Virus record (IMG/VR): IMGVR_UViG_3300037195_001443
Span: 1 to 50,755 of that record
Origin: a virus
Lineage: Duplodnaviria; Caudoviricetes
Reading direction: 5' to 3' (one strand)
Length of the DNA: 50,755 nucleotides
Positions 28,261 through 36,521 of this stretch are shown here, in pieces. The notes under the pieces are model-generated. The model made no database searches and had not been told where the DNA came from. It worked only from the letters and a program-made list of their open reading frames with translations. A program made the translations under genes and the position numbers. The stretch's first letter is position 1. Each line of letters starts with the position of its first letter.

Positions 28261-28534
28261 TGAGTCCTCCTTCTATAATTTCATCAAATTCATTGGATGT
28301 TGATGCTTCCAGCAATCTATAAATATGTCCAGCTCTTATTAAAGTACATAAAGCCATTGCCGCGTCTTCATTTATATAATAATCGTAATCTAAATGATTA
28401 GAATCTGCAATTTTTCCATCAGCATTGTAATTAGACCTATGACCACTACCATCAAAACATCTTCTTCCAAATTGCATTCTTACAATTTTATCAGGTGGTA
28501 TTTCTTTACCACTTATTTCACATATTACTCTCAT
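28250..28534 (-). CDS. Hypothetical protein
   Basis: AAGGGAG RBS; operon packing. Confidence 0.6.
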   Translation of the reverse strand: MRVICEISGKEIPPDKIVRMQFGRRCFDGSGHRSNYNADGKIADSNHLDYDYYINEDAAMALCTLIRAGHIYRLLEASTSNEFDEIIEGGLNAS

Positions 28535-28902
28535 TATTCACTCCCTTTTAGTTTATCGTTATGAAAATCTTCTACCACTTGAGAATCGTAATCAATTGTA
28601 GCCTGAATATATCTTTTCTGGTTTCTCTGGCGTACCTCATATTTTTTACCACGCAAAGATGGATGCACTTCCTGAACTTTTCTTCTGGCTCTATTTATAC
28701 TGCTAATAGAGGGAAGATTCTCTCTTTCTAATTTTGAAAAGAAATCAGTGACTGACATCCCTTTTATATTACCAGTTGGATGAAAGTCTTTGTCAATAAT
28801 AGTATAAAGTCTATATGCTAAATAATTATCACTGTCTCTTGTTTCTGGTCTATGTTCAAGTATATCTTTAATTAAATCAAATAGTTTTACTGTCATAGCC
28901 AT
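28534..28902 (-). CDS. Phage hypothetical protein (possible DNA-binding)
   Basis: AAGGGAG RBS; PETRDSD…SINRARRKVQE..P.LRG. Confidence 0.65.
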   Translation of the reverse strand: MAMTVKLFDLIKDILEHRPETRDSDNYLAYRLYTIIDKDFHPTGNIKGMSVTDFFSKLERENLPSISSINRARRKVQEVHPSLRGKKYEVRQRNQKRYIQATIDYDSQVVEDFHNDKLKGSE

Positions 28903-28945
28903 AATATTATGTCTCCCTTAAGTGTTGAAATTACTGAATTTACGG

Positions 28946-29325
28946 AAATTAGCCTATCTAATTTATTGCCCAACCATGATGTTATTAATTATATCTTGGG
29001 TAGATTATAACTCACAACACCACTTCGGTTGGGCAATTTAGTGTGGATAGTACAACGTGGTCGCAGAGTATCTTTTCAACTCAGACCATATGCATATGCC
29101 ACCACACTAATTTAAATGCTGGCTTTATATTCTTTACTTTTTATAATTGAAAGAATGTAGTAGCCTTTCACTACAAAGTGTCTTATAGTCAGTTGACCTC
29201 GAGTCCATTGACATAAGCCAGCATAAATATGGGGGCGAGCTAGGTATTCCACATACCGATTAAGGGATAAGATAGGTAATATCCCGAGAGGAAGGCCCGC
29301 CCCCCTTACGCATAGGGAGATGCGT
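28946..29325 (-). ncRNA. Array of six abutting stem-closed modules; candidate structured ncRNA cluster
   Basis: Inverted repeats at 28946-28964, 28965-29037, 29038-29110, 29116-29224, 29231-29304 and 29308-29325; internal helices extend through G-U pairs on the - strand. Confidence 0.6.
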
Positions 29326-30974
29326 TATAAATTATAGCGAAGTATTTCGCTATTGTCCGTGACCTCCCTTATCCGCTTGTAGAAGAGATCACTCTTCTTT
29401 TTGTTGAATATTCCGCACAATTCAGGTGGAAATTCGTCCAATGTTACAAGAAATGCAACTAAATCAGCCTTTTTCTTAGTAACACCATTTAAAGAACCAT
29501 TATGAGGAACCATGCAAGTTTGAAGTTGAGCAGTAGTGAAGCAATTGATCATGTCTTCTCTGGGAATGAGATTATTCCTCCAATAATTAAGAATACGATT
29601 CTTAAAATTGATGGTTTTCTCTTTATTATATCCAGTAGCCTTTTCAACTTCATCAAAAGAAGCATGAACAGATAACCAGTAATTCAATATGCCCTGTGTA
29701 ACAACAAAACAATAATCTTTTACAAGTTCATCAAATCCTACCAAAGTACGTATTTTATCAGTAGGCTTATCACCCTGCATAAAAACATTATTGTTCCAGG
29801 TATCAATACTTCCAAGAGCAACACGATCTTTCATATACTGATATGAAAATACCTTCATAAATAGATTACTGTCATTGTTTATTTCATCAATAACATCCTC
29901 TAAATATTTCTGCCCGATAGCCCTGGCAAATTTGGTATCAACTCGTACATATAGTTTATCAACAGGATCAGTACCTTCAACAATCTTATCATTCTTCTTT
30001 ATAGGTTTCTGAAATACCAAACGATCCATATTCCCATTATGTGCTGTATATTGCTTAATAAAACGTACAGGGTCTTTGTACGTTACAAGCTTATGCAACC
30101 GCAAATCATGGCGTTCTTCATATTTGATGTTTTCATTAACCTTCATATCAGCAAGAGCATTCATTAAATCAGAATATTTTTGCTCTAAGCAATATTCCAG
30201 AAAATCCTTGTCCTCATAGACAAGATCATCAAATAATACCAAAGATGACTGAAGTACAACAGGATATTTTTCAGCATAAGCAGAAAGCTCCTTCTTTGTA
30301 AACAATTCCATCAATGTTTGATCTGGTTTACCGCTACGAAGCCAATGCCAATGAAAATCGTCCAGCATTATTTCATTATGAAGATTTTTGGGGTCTATTT
30401 CATAATATTTGATATAATCATCAAGACATTTATCCTGATAAGCAATATCAAAACCAACAATACCTTCAATATCTTCAAGACGATCTTCATCAATAATATC
30501 TGGATGCATCAATCTGTCACAAAGATTAGCCAGCTCTACCAGCATTCTTGTATGAGGCATAGTAAAGCCAAATGCAACTGATATATCTTTGATAGATGTA
30601 TAATTAGCAATAACCTTCTTAACAGCCAGGACTTTTTCATATAATGACATGGAAACACGGTAATTGTTAGCATGATACATCATTTCAGTAAGTCTATCTG
30701 GTTTATCAATGATACGCGCAGGTATGAATTCATGTTTTAAGTCTTTATAAGCAGCTACACGCTGATGACCATCAATTAAAACATATTCATCGCCATTCTT
30801 ATAAACTATTACAGAGTGTAAAACACCCTCAAGCAATTTAATAGAATTACGCAGTTGTTTATACTCATCAAGAGTTTTATCAACTTTCTTTTTACGAATA
30901 TTGCCGTTAGAAACAATGCTACTAATAGCAAGTGACTTGGCAGTATCGTCTACATATTCACTTATGAATACCAT
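29325..30974 (-). CDS. ParB/Srx N-terminal domain protein
   Basis: QLRNSIKLLEGVLHSVIV…YVLIDGHQRVAAY…IPARI…ANNYRVSMS followed by an HTH-like segment. Confidence 0.85.
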   Translation of the reverse strand: MVFISEYVDDTAKSLAISSIVSNGNIRKKKVDKTLDEYKQLRNSIKLLEGVLHSVIVYKNGDEYVLIDGHQRVAAYKDLKHEFIPARIIDKPDRLTEMMYHANNYRVSMSLYEKVLAVKKVIANYTSIKDISVAFGFTMPHTRMLVELANLCDRLMHPDIIDEDRLEDIEGIVGFDIAYQDKCLDDYIKYYEIDPKNLHNEIMLDDFHWHWLRSGKPDQTLMELFTKKELSAYAEKYPVVLQSSLVLFDDLVYEDKDFLEYCLEQKYSDLMNALADMKVNENIKYEERHDLRLHKLVTYKDPVRFIKQYTAHNGNMDRLVFQKPIKKNDKIVEGTDPVDKLYVRVDTKFARAIGQKYLEDVIDEINNDSNLFMKVFSYQYMKDRVALGSIDTWNNNVFMQGDKPTDKIRTLVGFDELVKDYCFVVTQGILNYWLSVHASFDEVEKATGYNKEKTINFKNRILNYWRNNLIPREDMINCFTTAQLQTCMVPHNGSLNGVTKKKADLVAFLVTLDEFPPELCGIFNKKKSDLFYKRIREVTDNSEILRYNL

Positions 30975-30975
30975 T

Positions 30976-31254
30976 TTATTCTCCTTTTATTAGGTTTGGT
31001 TGTATTATGTAATCAGAATTGGAGTTCCACCGATCCTTTGGATCTCTTTTCTTTAATTCAGCCTTTAGTGCCTTATATTCCTTAGTATTAGCACCAGTTT
31101 TCTGAATATACATATCATTTTCATCAACAGGATCAGTTCTTAAAGCATAATAGACAGTACGCTCCAAGAATCTCATTGCATTGACAATATGATTATAATC
31201 CATGTCAGCAATAAGAATTTTGCCTTTAGATTGACTAGTATAATATTTCTTCAT
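30976..31254 (-). CDS. Hypothetical protein
   Basis: ORF track; operon packing. Confidence 0.6.
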   Translation of the reverse strand: MKKYYTSQSKGKILIADMDYNHIVNAMRFLERTVYYALRTDPVDENDMYIQKTGANTKEYKALKAELKKRDPKDRWNSNSDYIIQPNLIKGE

Positions 31255-32015
31255 ATTAAATCCAATCTGACATATTTCTGTCCCTTTTTAACATTGAAGT
31301 TGTAAATATCTTCAATTGCCCTTAAATAAGACTTGGTATTGCCAGCAAGACGCAGATCACGTATCAATTCATAAGGCTTTTGATTTAATTTTACCAAAAA
31401 TCTCTCATGATCATAATCTGTATTCTTAAATAACAAGAGCATAACATTGACAAAGCGACTGCTTTTCCAGCCAACATATATTTCCCTGCATCGTCTGATC
31501 ATTCTAGCCTGTTCACGAGCTTGATTATAATCTTCAACAGTAAAAATGCCCTCTTTGAACATTCTTCCTATTAAACCGCTATCAGAAGAATGATTGCTTA
31601 AGAGATTTAAACAGCCTTTATGAGAATATTTAAACTCAGACCTGAACAATAAATATCTCTTATAATGTTCATTGCCCTTTCCAGCAAAATGACGAGCATA
31701 ATTCCACTCATTCCATTTTTCCATGAGTATATTAAGCTCAACAGCATCAGAATCAGTCAAGCCAGGTATCATCATGTAATATACTGGGAGATTAAGATTC
31801 ATTCGCGAAGAGAAACTATGCTGACCATCAATAATACCATAAGTATCATTAACAAGAATAGGTATCTCATATGCTCGTTTTTCCATTGATTTTTGAAGTT
31901 TCATAATGTGACTCTTGTTAAGAGTACGATTATGCTGAATAAAATTGAAGTGATTATATTTATCTGGACCAACCATATAAATATTATTAACCACAGTTCC
32001 TATTTTGCGTGCCAT
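31251..32015 (-). CDS. ParB-like (DGQH) domain protein
   Basis: HNRTLNKSHIMKLQKSM…PILVN…IIDGQHSF. Confidence 0.8.
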   Translation of the reverse strand: MARKIGTVVNNIYMVGPDKYNHFNFIQHNRTLNKSHIMKLQKSMEKRAYEIPILVNDTYGIIDGQHSFSSRMNLNLPVYYMMIPGLTDSDAVELNILMEKWNEWNYARHFAGKGNEHYKRYLLFRSEFKYSHKGCLNLLSNHSSDSGLIGRMFKEGIFTVEDYNQAREQARMIRRCREIYVGWKSSRFVNVMLLLFKNTDYDHERFLVKLNQKPYELIRDLRLAGNTKSYLRAIEDIYNFNVKKGQKYVRLDLI

Positions 32016-32036
32016 TGTTTTGACTCCTTTATTATA

Positions 32037-32459
32037 TTAATTATTATCGCCAGGACGAAAGCCAGAGATTCCAGAATGCTTTATACCAATATCATCAAGA
32101 AAATCAACTAGAGATGATTCTGAAGCTGGACCAACAACATAACTATTATTCTCTTCTGCTTCTTTTGATTTAGACCATTCTTTATGATTACGAAATATAT
32201 CCTCTAAGTCACTTTCAGTCATAGGACCCTTAGCAGATTGTATTCTCTCTTTTAATATCATGATTAATGGATAGTCTTTAAACATATTTAAACCCATGTC
32301 ATTTAATAGAGACAGGCAAGCCTTTTTGCTTAATGTGTTTATATTCTCAGCATATTCATTATCGAGTTGTTTTAGTAATTCATAAAATGAATCAATCAGA
32401 GCCATAAATACAGCAATGTGAGCGCAGCACTTGGTCATTTTATCTTTGTGATTTGTCAT
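32037..32459 (-). CDS. Hypothetical protein
   Basis: GGGAG RBS. Confidence 0.6.
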   Translation of the reverse strand: MTNHKDKMTKCCAHIAVFMALIDSFYELLKQLDNEYAENINTLSKKACLSLLNDMGLNMFKDYPLIMILKERIQSAKGPMTESDLEDIFRNHKEWSKSKEAEENNSYVVGPASESSLVDFLDDIGIKHSGISGFRPGDNN

Positions 32460-32640
32460 TATTATCTCCCTTTTTATTGTGTTCTATTATTTCAATTGCT
32501 CTATCTATAGTTTCAGCCATTATTTCACGAGACTCAACATCACCACGAACATGATCAAATCGAGTCTTCATATCAACAAACAATTTCTTTATTTGTACTA
32601 AATTTCTGATTACTTCTTCATCAAACATGATTAAAAACAT
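32440..32640 (-). CDS. Hypothetical protein
   Basis: TAATG coupling. Confidence 0.55.
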   Translation of the reverse strand: MFLIMFDEEVIRNLVQIKKLFVDMKTRFDHVRGDVESREIMAETIDRAIEIIEHNKKGDNNDKSQR

Positions 32641-33017
32641 TATTTCTCACTCATATCAAATAATCTTAATTTCTTTCTAATCTTTACTAATTGCTTAGTA
32701 TGATGTATAAACCAAAATATTGGACGTCTTGAACCATAAGCCCACATACCCAATTGCTGTTTATGCTCATCACTATAACAACATTCCCAATGAAATACCT
32801 CATCATCATAATCATCCTTTTTAAAATCAAATAATGAGAAACCAAAACGATACCAAGCATCAGGATGATACCAATGATTAAAGACAAAAAAGTATTTATA
32901 AGGTAACTGGAAACAATATGCCACCTTCATTCTATGACGATGTATGTAAAAGAAATCACCAATTATATCCCATTTACCTTTAGTGATATTGTCCTTAATA
33001 GTAGTGTAAACATCCAT
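32640..33017 (-). CDS. Hypothetical aromatic-rich protein
   Basis: GGGAG RBS; TAATG coupling. Confidence 0.55.
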   Translation of the reverse strand: MDVYTTIKDNITKGKWDIIGDFFYIHRHRMKVAYCFQLPYKYFFVFNHWYHPDAWYRFGFSLFDFKKDDYDDEVFHWECCYSDEHKQQLGMWAYGSRRPIFWFIHHTKQLVKIRKKLRLFDMSEK

Positions 33018-33340
33018 TAGTTTCTCCCTTCAACAATATCCATTGCCATTTTAAATAAATCACGACTCCTAAAATCTCTACCTTTAGAGTCTTTACCTGA
33101 ATCATATTCGCGAATATCACCATTAAGAATAATTTTCCTGAGTAATAATAAAGTAGACCTTTCAGACATTATACTAGCATAATCTGGTGCAGATAAATCA
33201 CCAATATGATCATCCCAAGTAGCTTTCCAATTGTCAAAATGCAATTGATTCTCCTCAAGTAAAATATCAATGATCTCTACTATAAGGTAAAATGTCTTAT
33301 AATTTGGAATAGTGTAATTATCAAATACTTTGTCAGTCAT
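33017..33340 (-). CDS. Hypothetical early protein
   Basis: GGGAG RBS supports a start at 33340 (MTDKVFD). Confidence 0.6.
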   Translation of the reverse strand: MTDKVFDNYTIPNYKTFYLIVEIIDILLEENQLHFDNWKATWDDHIGDLSAPDYASIMSERSTLLLLRKIILNGDIREYDSGKDSKGRDFRSRDLFKMAMDIVEGRN

Positions 33341-33565
33341 GATTGATTCTCCCATTTATTTCTTTGATTAATGAGATATTGTTTTGTATCAGATGTTATT
33401 TCAGGAGTATCAACATCATCTTCATCAGAGATTGTATCTTCACATGTACAAACATATCTTGTTCCATCTGGATCACAGTTTAAACACTGACAAGGATTGC
33501 CAGAACCATATTGCTCCTCAAAACAAGCAGGACATAAATTTGTATAAATAACTTTGTCAGTCATG
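33327..33565. repeat. 15-bp direct repeat covering the starts of two adjacent genes
   Basis: ACTTTGTCAGTCATG at 33327-33341 and 33551-33565. Confidence 0.85.
33337..33564 (-). CDS. Small Cys-rich acidic early protein
   Basis: CPAC…CQCLNC…CTC. Confidence 0.6.
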   Translation of the reverse strand: MTDKVIYTNLCPACFEEQYGSGNPCQCLNCDPDGTRYVCTCEDTISDEDDVDTPEITSDTKQYLINQRNKWENQS

Positions 33566-33716
33566 CCGATACCTCAACACGCTTTGTCAACTTCTTTGAC
33601 AACTTAGCATCACGTGATTTAACAGTATCATCGCCAGAAACTTTGATAGTAACACGATGTACAGAACCATATGGATCAATGCAGAAATATGTGCGAGTAT
33701 TTGTTAATTTGGTCAT
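33561..33716 (-). CDS. Small basic early protein
   Basis: AGGGAG RBS supports a start at 33716 (MTKLTNTRT). Confidence 0.55.
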   Translation of the reverse strand: MTKLTNTRTYFCIDPYGSVHRVTIKVSGDDTVKSRDAKLSKKLTKRVEVSA

Positions 33717-33867
33717 AATAAGACTCCCTATGTGTTTAAATGTGTGTTTGTGGAAAGTGTGTAAATAATGGCTATGTATCATTCAACATGAATTAAGTGA
33801 CTATCACGGTTGTATCAGAGCGTGCTGTCACACCAAGTGTTATAAAATGCTTATAGTTCACAAGCAA

Positions 33868-33898
33868 TGAACCATGCCCGCGGATGCGGGCAGGTTCA
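33868..33898 (-). terminator. Strong GC-rich hairpin after the first early gene (terminator, processing site or hairpin promoter)
   Basis: TGAACC-A-TGCCCGC GGAT GCGGGCA GGTTCA; only a weak U-tract. Confidence 0.5.
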
Positions 33899-33913
33899 GT
33901 GGTGGGGCGGGGA

Positions 33914-34195
33914 TCAGAAGATCAGGTCACCAGTGGCAGGGTTCATCTGGCAAGACTTGGGAACATGTTTCAGGATCTTCTTCTCAGACCAGGAGTTCCA
34001 CTCGATGTCCAGGAAGGCCACGGTGATGGCATCTTCAGGGAGTTCGGTGTCAGAGTCAGAGCCACGCTTGGTGAGGTAGGTCATGGGCTTGCCCTTGAGC
34101 GTCTCGGTGGAATGTGACTGAAAGGAGTTGTTCGAGTAGTACCACCGCATGGTCTTGAGGGATTGTTGCAGGTAGACAGTGATTGATTTAGGCAT
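33914..34195 (-). CDS. First early-arm gene, hypothetical, anomalously GC-rich
   Basis: GGAGG RBS 5 nt before ATG 34195 (MPKSITVY); C/G-ending codons. Confidence 0.7.
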   Translation of the reverse strand: MPKSITVYLQQSLKTMRWYYSNNSFQSHSTETLKGKPMTYLTKRGSDSDTELPEDAITVAFLDIEWNSWSEKKILKHVPKSCQMNPATGDLIF

Positions 34196-34243
34196 AGTAA
34201 CCTCCATGGTTTAACCTAGTTGTTGGATTCAATGAAACTTAAC

Positions 34244-34269
34244 GGTGACGCGAATCCGAGATCGTCACC
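34244..34269. promoter_or_regulatory. Hairpin upstream of the first early gene
   Basis: GGTGACG-N12-CGTCACC. Confidence 0.4.
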
Positions 34270-34402
34270 ATACGGGGACCCGACACAATATATAGGTGTA
34301 TGACATTTTGTTACAATTTTTGAAGTTTGGTTGTCGTCTAGATTTTTATAGGTGATAGTTATGAGGAACAGAGGTTGTTCAACATTGGTTTAGCAGTCTA
34401 TC

Positions 34403-34504
34403 AGGACTGTTAGGACCGTTAGGACCGTTTTTTAGTAAACTATTATATATACGTATACGTGAGGGAGTTTATAGAAAAAGGGGTTTAACAGTCCTACTGT
34501 CCTG
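34403..34504. repeat. Iteron-like direct and inverted repeats around a palindrome; candidate replication origin or packaging site
   Basis: AGGACYGTT x3 (34403-34429); inverted copy AACAGTCCT (34487-34495) plus degenerate ACTGTCCTG; central TAAACT…ACGTATACGT…AGTTTA. Confidence 0.6.
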
Positions 34505-34604
34505 GTAAAAAAAGTTTACTGGGAGGTGTAATTATATGTTAACTATTGAAGGAAATAGAATTCTGGTATATTAGTGTGTGTGTGTATGTCTATTTCCTGC
34601 TGAG

Positions 34605-34633
34605 AAGCTAAGGTTCAAATGGTCATTTGTCAA
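34605..34633 (-). promoter_or_regulatory. Sigma70-type promoter pointing toward the early arm, overlapped by a palindrome
   Basis: TTGACA-17 bp-TAGCTT on the - strand; CAAATG-GT-CATTTG at 34616-34629. Confidence 0.55.
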
Positions 34634-34660
34634 GAGAAAAATAATTTGTAAGTTAGAGCC

Positions 34661-34876
34661 ATGAAGAAATATACTCTTACTATTGTGTATGAGGATGAGG
34701 GTGATGTCGAATTTATTGAAGAAAGGATTGAAAAGGCAGAGAATTCCTTGCCAGAGCCTTCGGATACTGATTTGGTTCACAAGTGTATGACACCGTTTAT
34801 GGGTATTGATTCCCATGTATATAATGATTTAATAGAATTAAGTATTGAGGGTGGTTTTATTATAGGCGATGCGTAA
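34661..34876 (+). CDS. Small acidic hypothetical protein
   Basis: ORF overlapping the terminase small subunit start. Confidence 0.55.
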   Translation: MKKYTLTIVYEDEGDVEFIEERIEKAENSLPEPSDTDLVHKCMTPFMGIDSHVYNDLIELSIEGGFIIGDA

Positions 34877-35585
34877 ATATACAATAAAAAAGGGTACTTA
34901 TACAGTTTATGATGATTTATCTGAGTGTCCAGATGACATTATTATAAAGGATGACTGGCGTGTAGCTGACCTTGGCGACTGGGTTTTAGCTGATGACGGT
35001 TGTGTAATAGAGATTATCCGCCAGGGCTGGTTAAAGTACAGGGGTCGTGATGACAGATATATTGGAACATGTACTGGAACTTTTATATGCAAGCCTAATA
35101 TGAAGATGGATACTGAAAAAAGAAAGAATATTTATTCTTTGGGCGGTGACAAGAATAATTTAGATTCTATACAGGATAGAGTGAAGCCTACATTGCAGGA
35201 GGTTATCTTTGCGAGGTATATTGCTCATGGCAAGACTCCTGAGGAGGCGTATTTAAAGGCATTCAGGACTAAAAATTCTAATTATGCCAAGACGCGGGCG
35301 GCTATTTTAATTAAACAGGAGCGTATAGTTATGGCAGTTAAGGAAGAATTGGATGCAGTATTTAAGACACTTAAGCTTGACCTTGTATATTTAATTGGGA
35401 AGGTAAAGGATGAGGTGGAGAATTCTGACCGTGCGTCTGACCGCTTAAAGGCTTTGCAGATGTTATGGGATGCAGCAGAGGTTGTTCCAAAGCAGACAAA
35501 GGTAACTCAGCTTACTGGTGCAGTTTTCCAGGGATTTGATCAAGATGCATTAGATAGTGCTGAAAGACCGCTTTTAGAGGAGTAG
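34869..35585 (+). CDS. terS: Terminase small subunit with extra N-terminal domain
   Basis: QEVIFARYIAHGKTPEEAYLKAF…YAKTRAAILIKQERI HTH and SDRLKALQML oligomerisation motif. Confidence 0.75.
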   Translation: MRKYTIKKGTYTVYDDLSECPDDIIIKDDWRVADLGDWVLADDGCVIEIIRQGWLKYRGRDDRYIGTCTGTFICKPNMKMDTEKRKNIYSLGGDKNNLDSIQDRVKPTLQEVIFARYIAHGKTPEEAYLKAFRTKNSNYAKTRAAILIKQERIVMAVKEELDAVFKTLKLDLVYLIGKVKDEVENSDRASDRLKALQMLWDAAEVVPKQTKVTQLTGAVFQGFDQDALDSAERPLLEE

Positions 35586-35589
35586 TTAT

Positions 35590-35949
35590 ATGGCTGATGG
35601 TCTTCAATATCATGTTGAACAGTCTAAAAAGGAAAAATTAGGTAAAATTTCCAACAGTATGCAGTATGCGTTAGATTTCCATAATAGGAATGATAGTGTT
35701 GAGATTCCTGTATTTGATACTTGGTTAAAAGCTGGCGGTTCTCTTCAGGAAGAGCATTTACGTTTAAATGAGATGATACATGAATTTGGGGACTCAATTC
35801 CTTCTGATTTTGCAGATTCTTTATATAAGCATAATAGAGCAATTATAAATGACCCTGATTACAAGAAAATTCGATATGACTGGTATAAGAACCGTTCTAT
35901 GGAGAAGAAAATTTTAGAAAGTATGTCAGAGGATGGCATTTTTAAATAG
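35590..35949 (+). CDS. Hypothetical protein
   Basis: GAGGAG RBS. Confidence 0.6.
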   Translation: MADGLQYHVEQSKKEKLGKISNSMQYALDFHNRNDSVEIPVFDTWLKAGGSLQEEHLRLNEMIHEFGDSIPSDFADSLYKHNRAIINDPDYKKIRYDWYKNRSMEKKILESMSEDGIFK

Positions 35950-36504
35950 ATGTCTTACAGTAAATTATTTAAGCTTTTAAGAAGGATGGGAAAGAAGTCT
36001 AAGGGTCCTATTACTGCTGGAGATTCTAGCGTTCAGGAATATATACCTCGTATACTTGAGTCTCGTTCTTTGGATGCGGGTGGTAATAGGATGGTAACTG
36101 CTGTTGAAATGTTAAACAGGAAAACTGGCGATACTTATCTGCAACCGTTTTATAAATCTTCGGGAACGAGTGTAAGTGCATCTAAGAAAGGTTCTTGGTT
36201 GCCATTTATGGGAAGAAAGACATCAAATAATTGGTATGTAAAGGGATATGCTACTGATAAGAATAGATGGATGTATACTATTGATTCTCCTGAGTATAAA
36301 TATTGGCATCCAAGGAGTGACCCAGATAAACATTTCTATGAGGCTGTGGGTCCATATTCAAAGGTATCTAATGAAATAAAGAGGCTTGAGGGTCTTGGAT
36401 ACTATAAATCTGGCGGTTATGCCAGAACTCCTGGAGAAGTCAACAAATGGTTGGAGGGTTTTGGTGGTTTAGACCCTTTTAAGGTGAAAAGCAAAATATA
36501 TTAA
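35950..36504 (+). CDS. Hypothetical protein with globular, possibly enzymatic domain
   Basis: Basic amphipathic N-terminus; QPFYKSSGTS…GSWLPFMG core. Confidence 0.55.
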   Translation: MSYSKLFKLLRRMGKKSKGPITAGDSSVQEYIPRILESRSLDAGGNRMVTAVEMLNRKTGDTYLQPFYKSSGTSVSASKKGSWLPFMGRKTSNNWYVKGYATDKNRWMYTIDSPEYKYWHPRSDPDKHFYEAVGPYSKVSNEIKRLEGLGYYKSGGYARTPGEVNKWLEGFGGLDPFKVKSKIY

Positions 36505-36521
36505 AATAAAGGATAATTGAC

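Noticed and set aside
29230-29305. tRNA gene (76 nt, GC acceptor-like stem, CCA-like end on the - strand)
   Set aside because: No TTCRA T-loop, no D-loop GG and no 7-nt anticodon loop; kept only as an unclassified structured module
33867-34117. Two + strand ORFs overlapping the GC-rich gene
   Set aside because: High GC lengthens spurious ORFs; the - strand frame has the RBS and coherent codon bias
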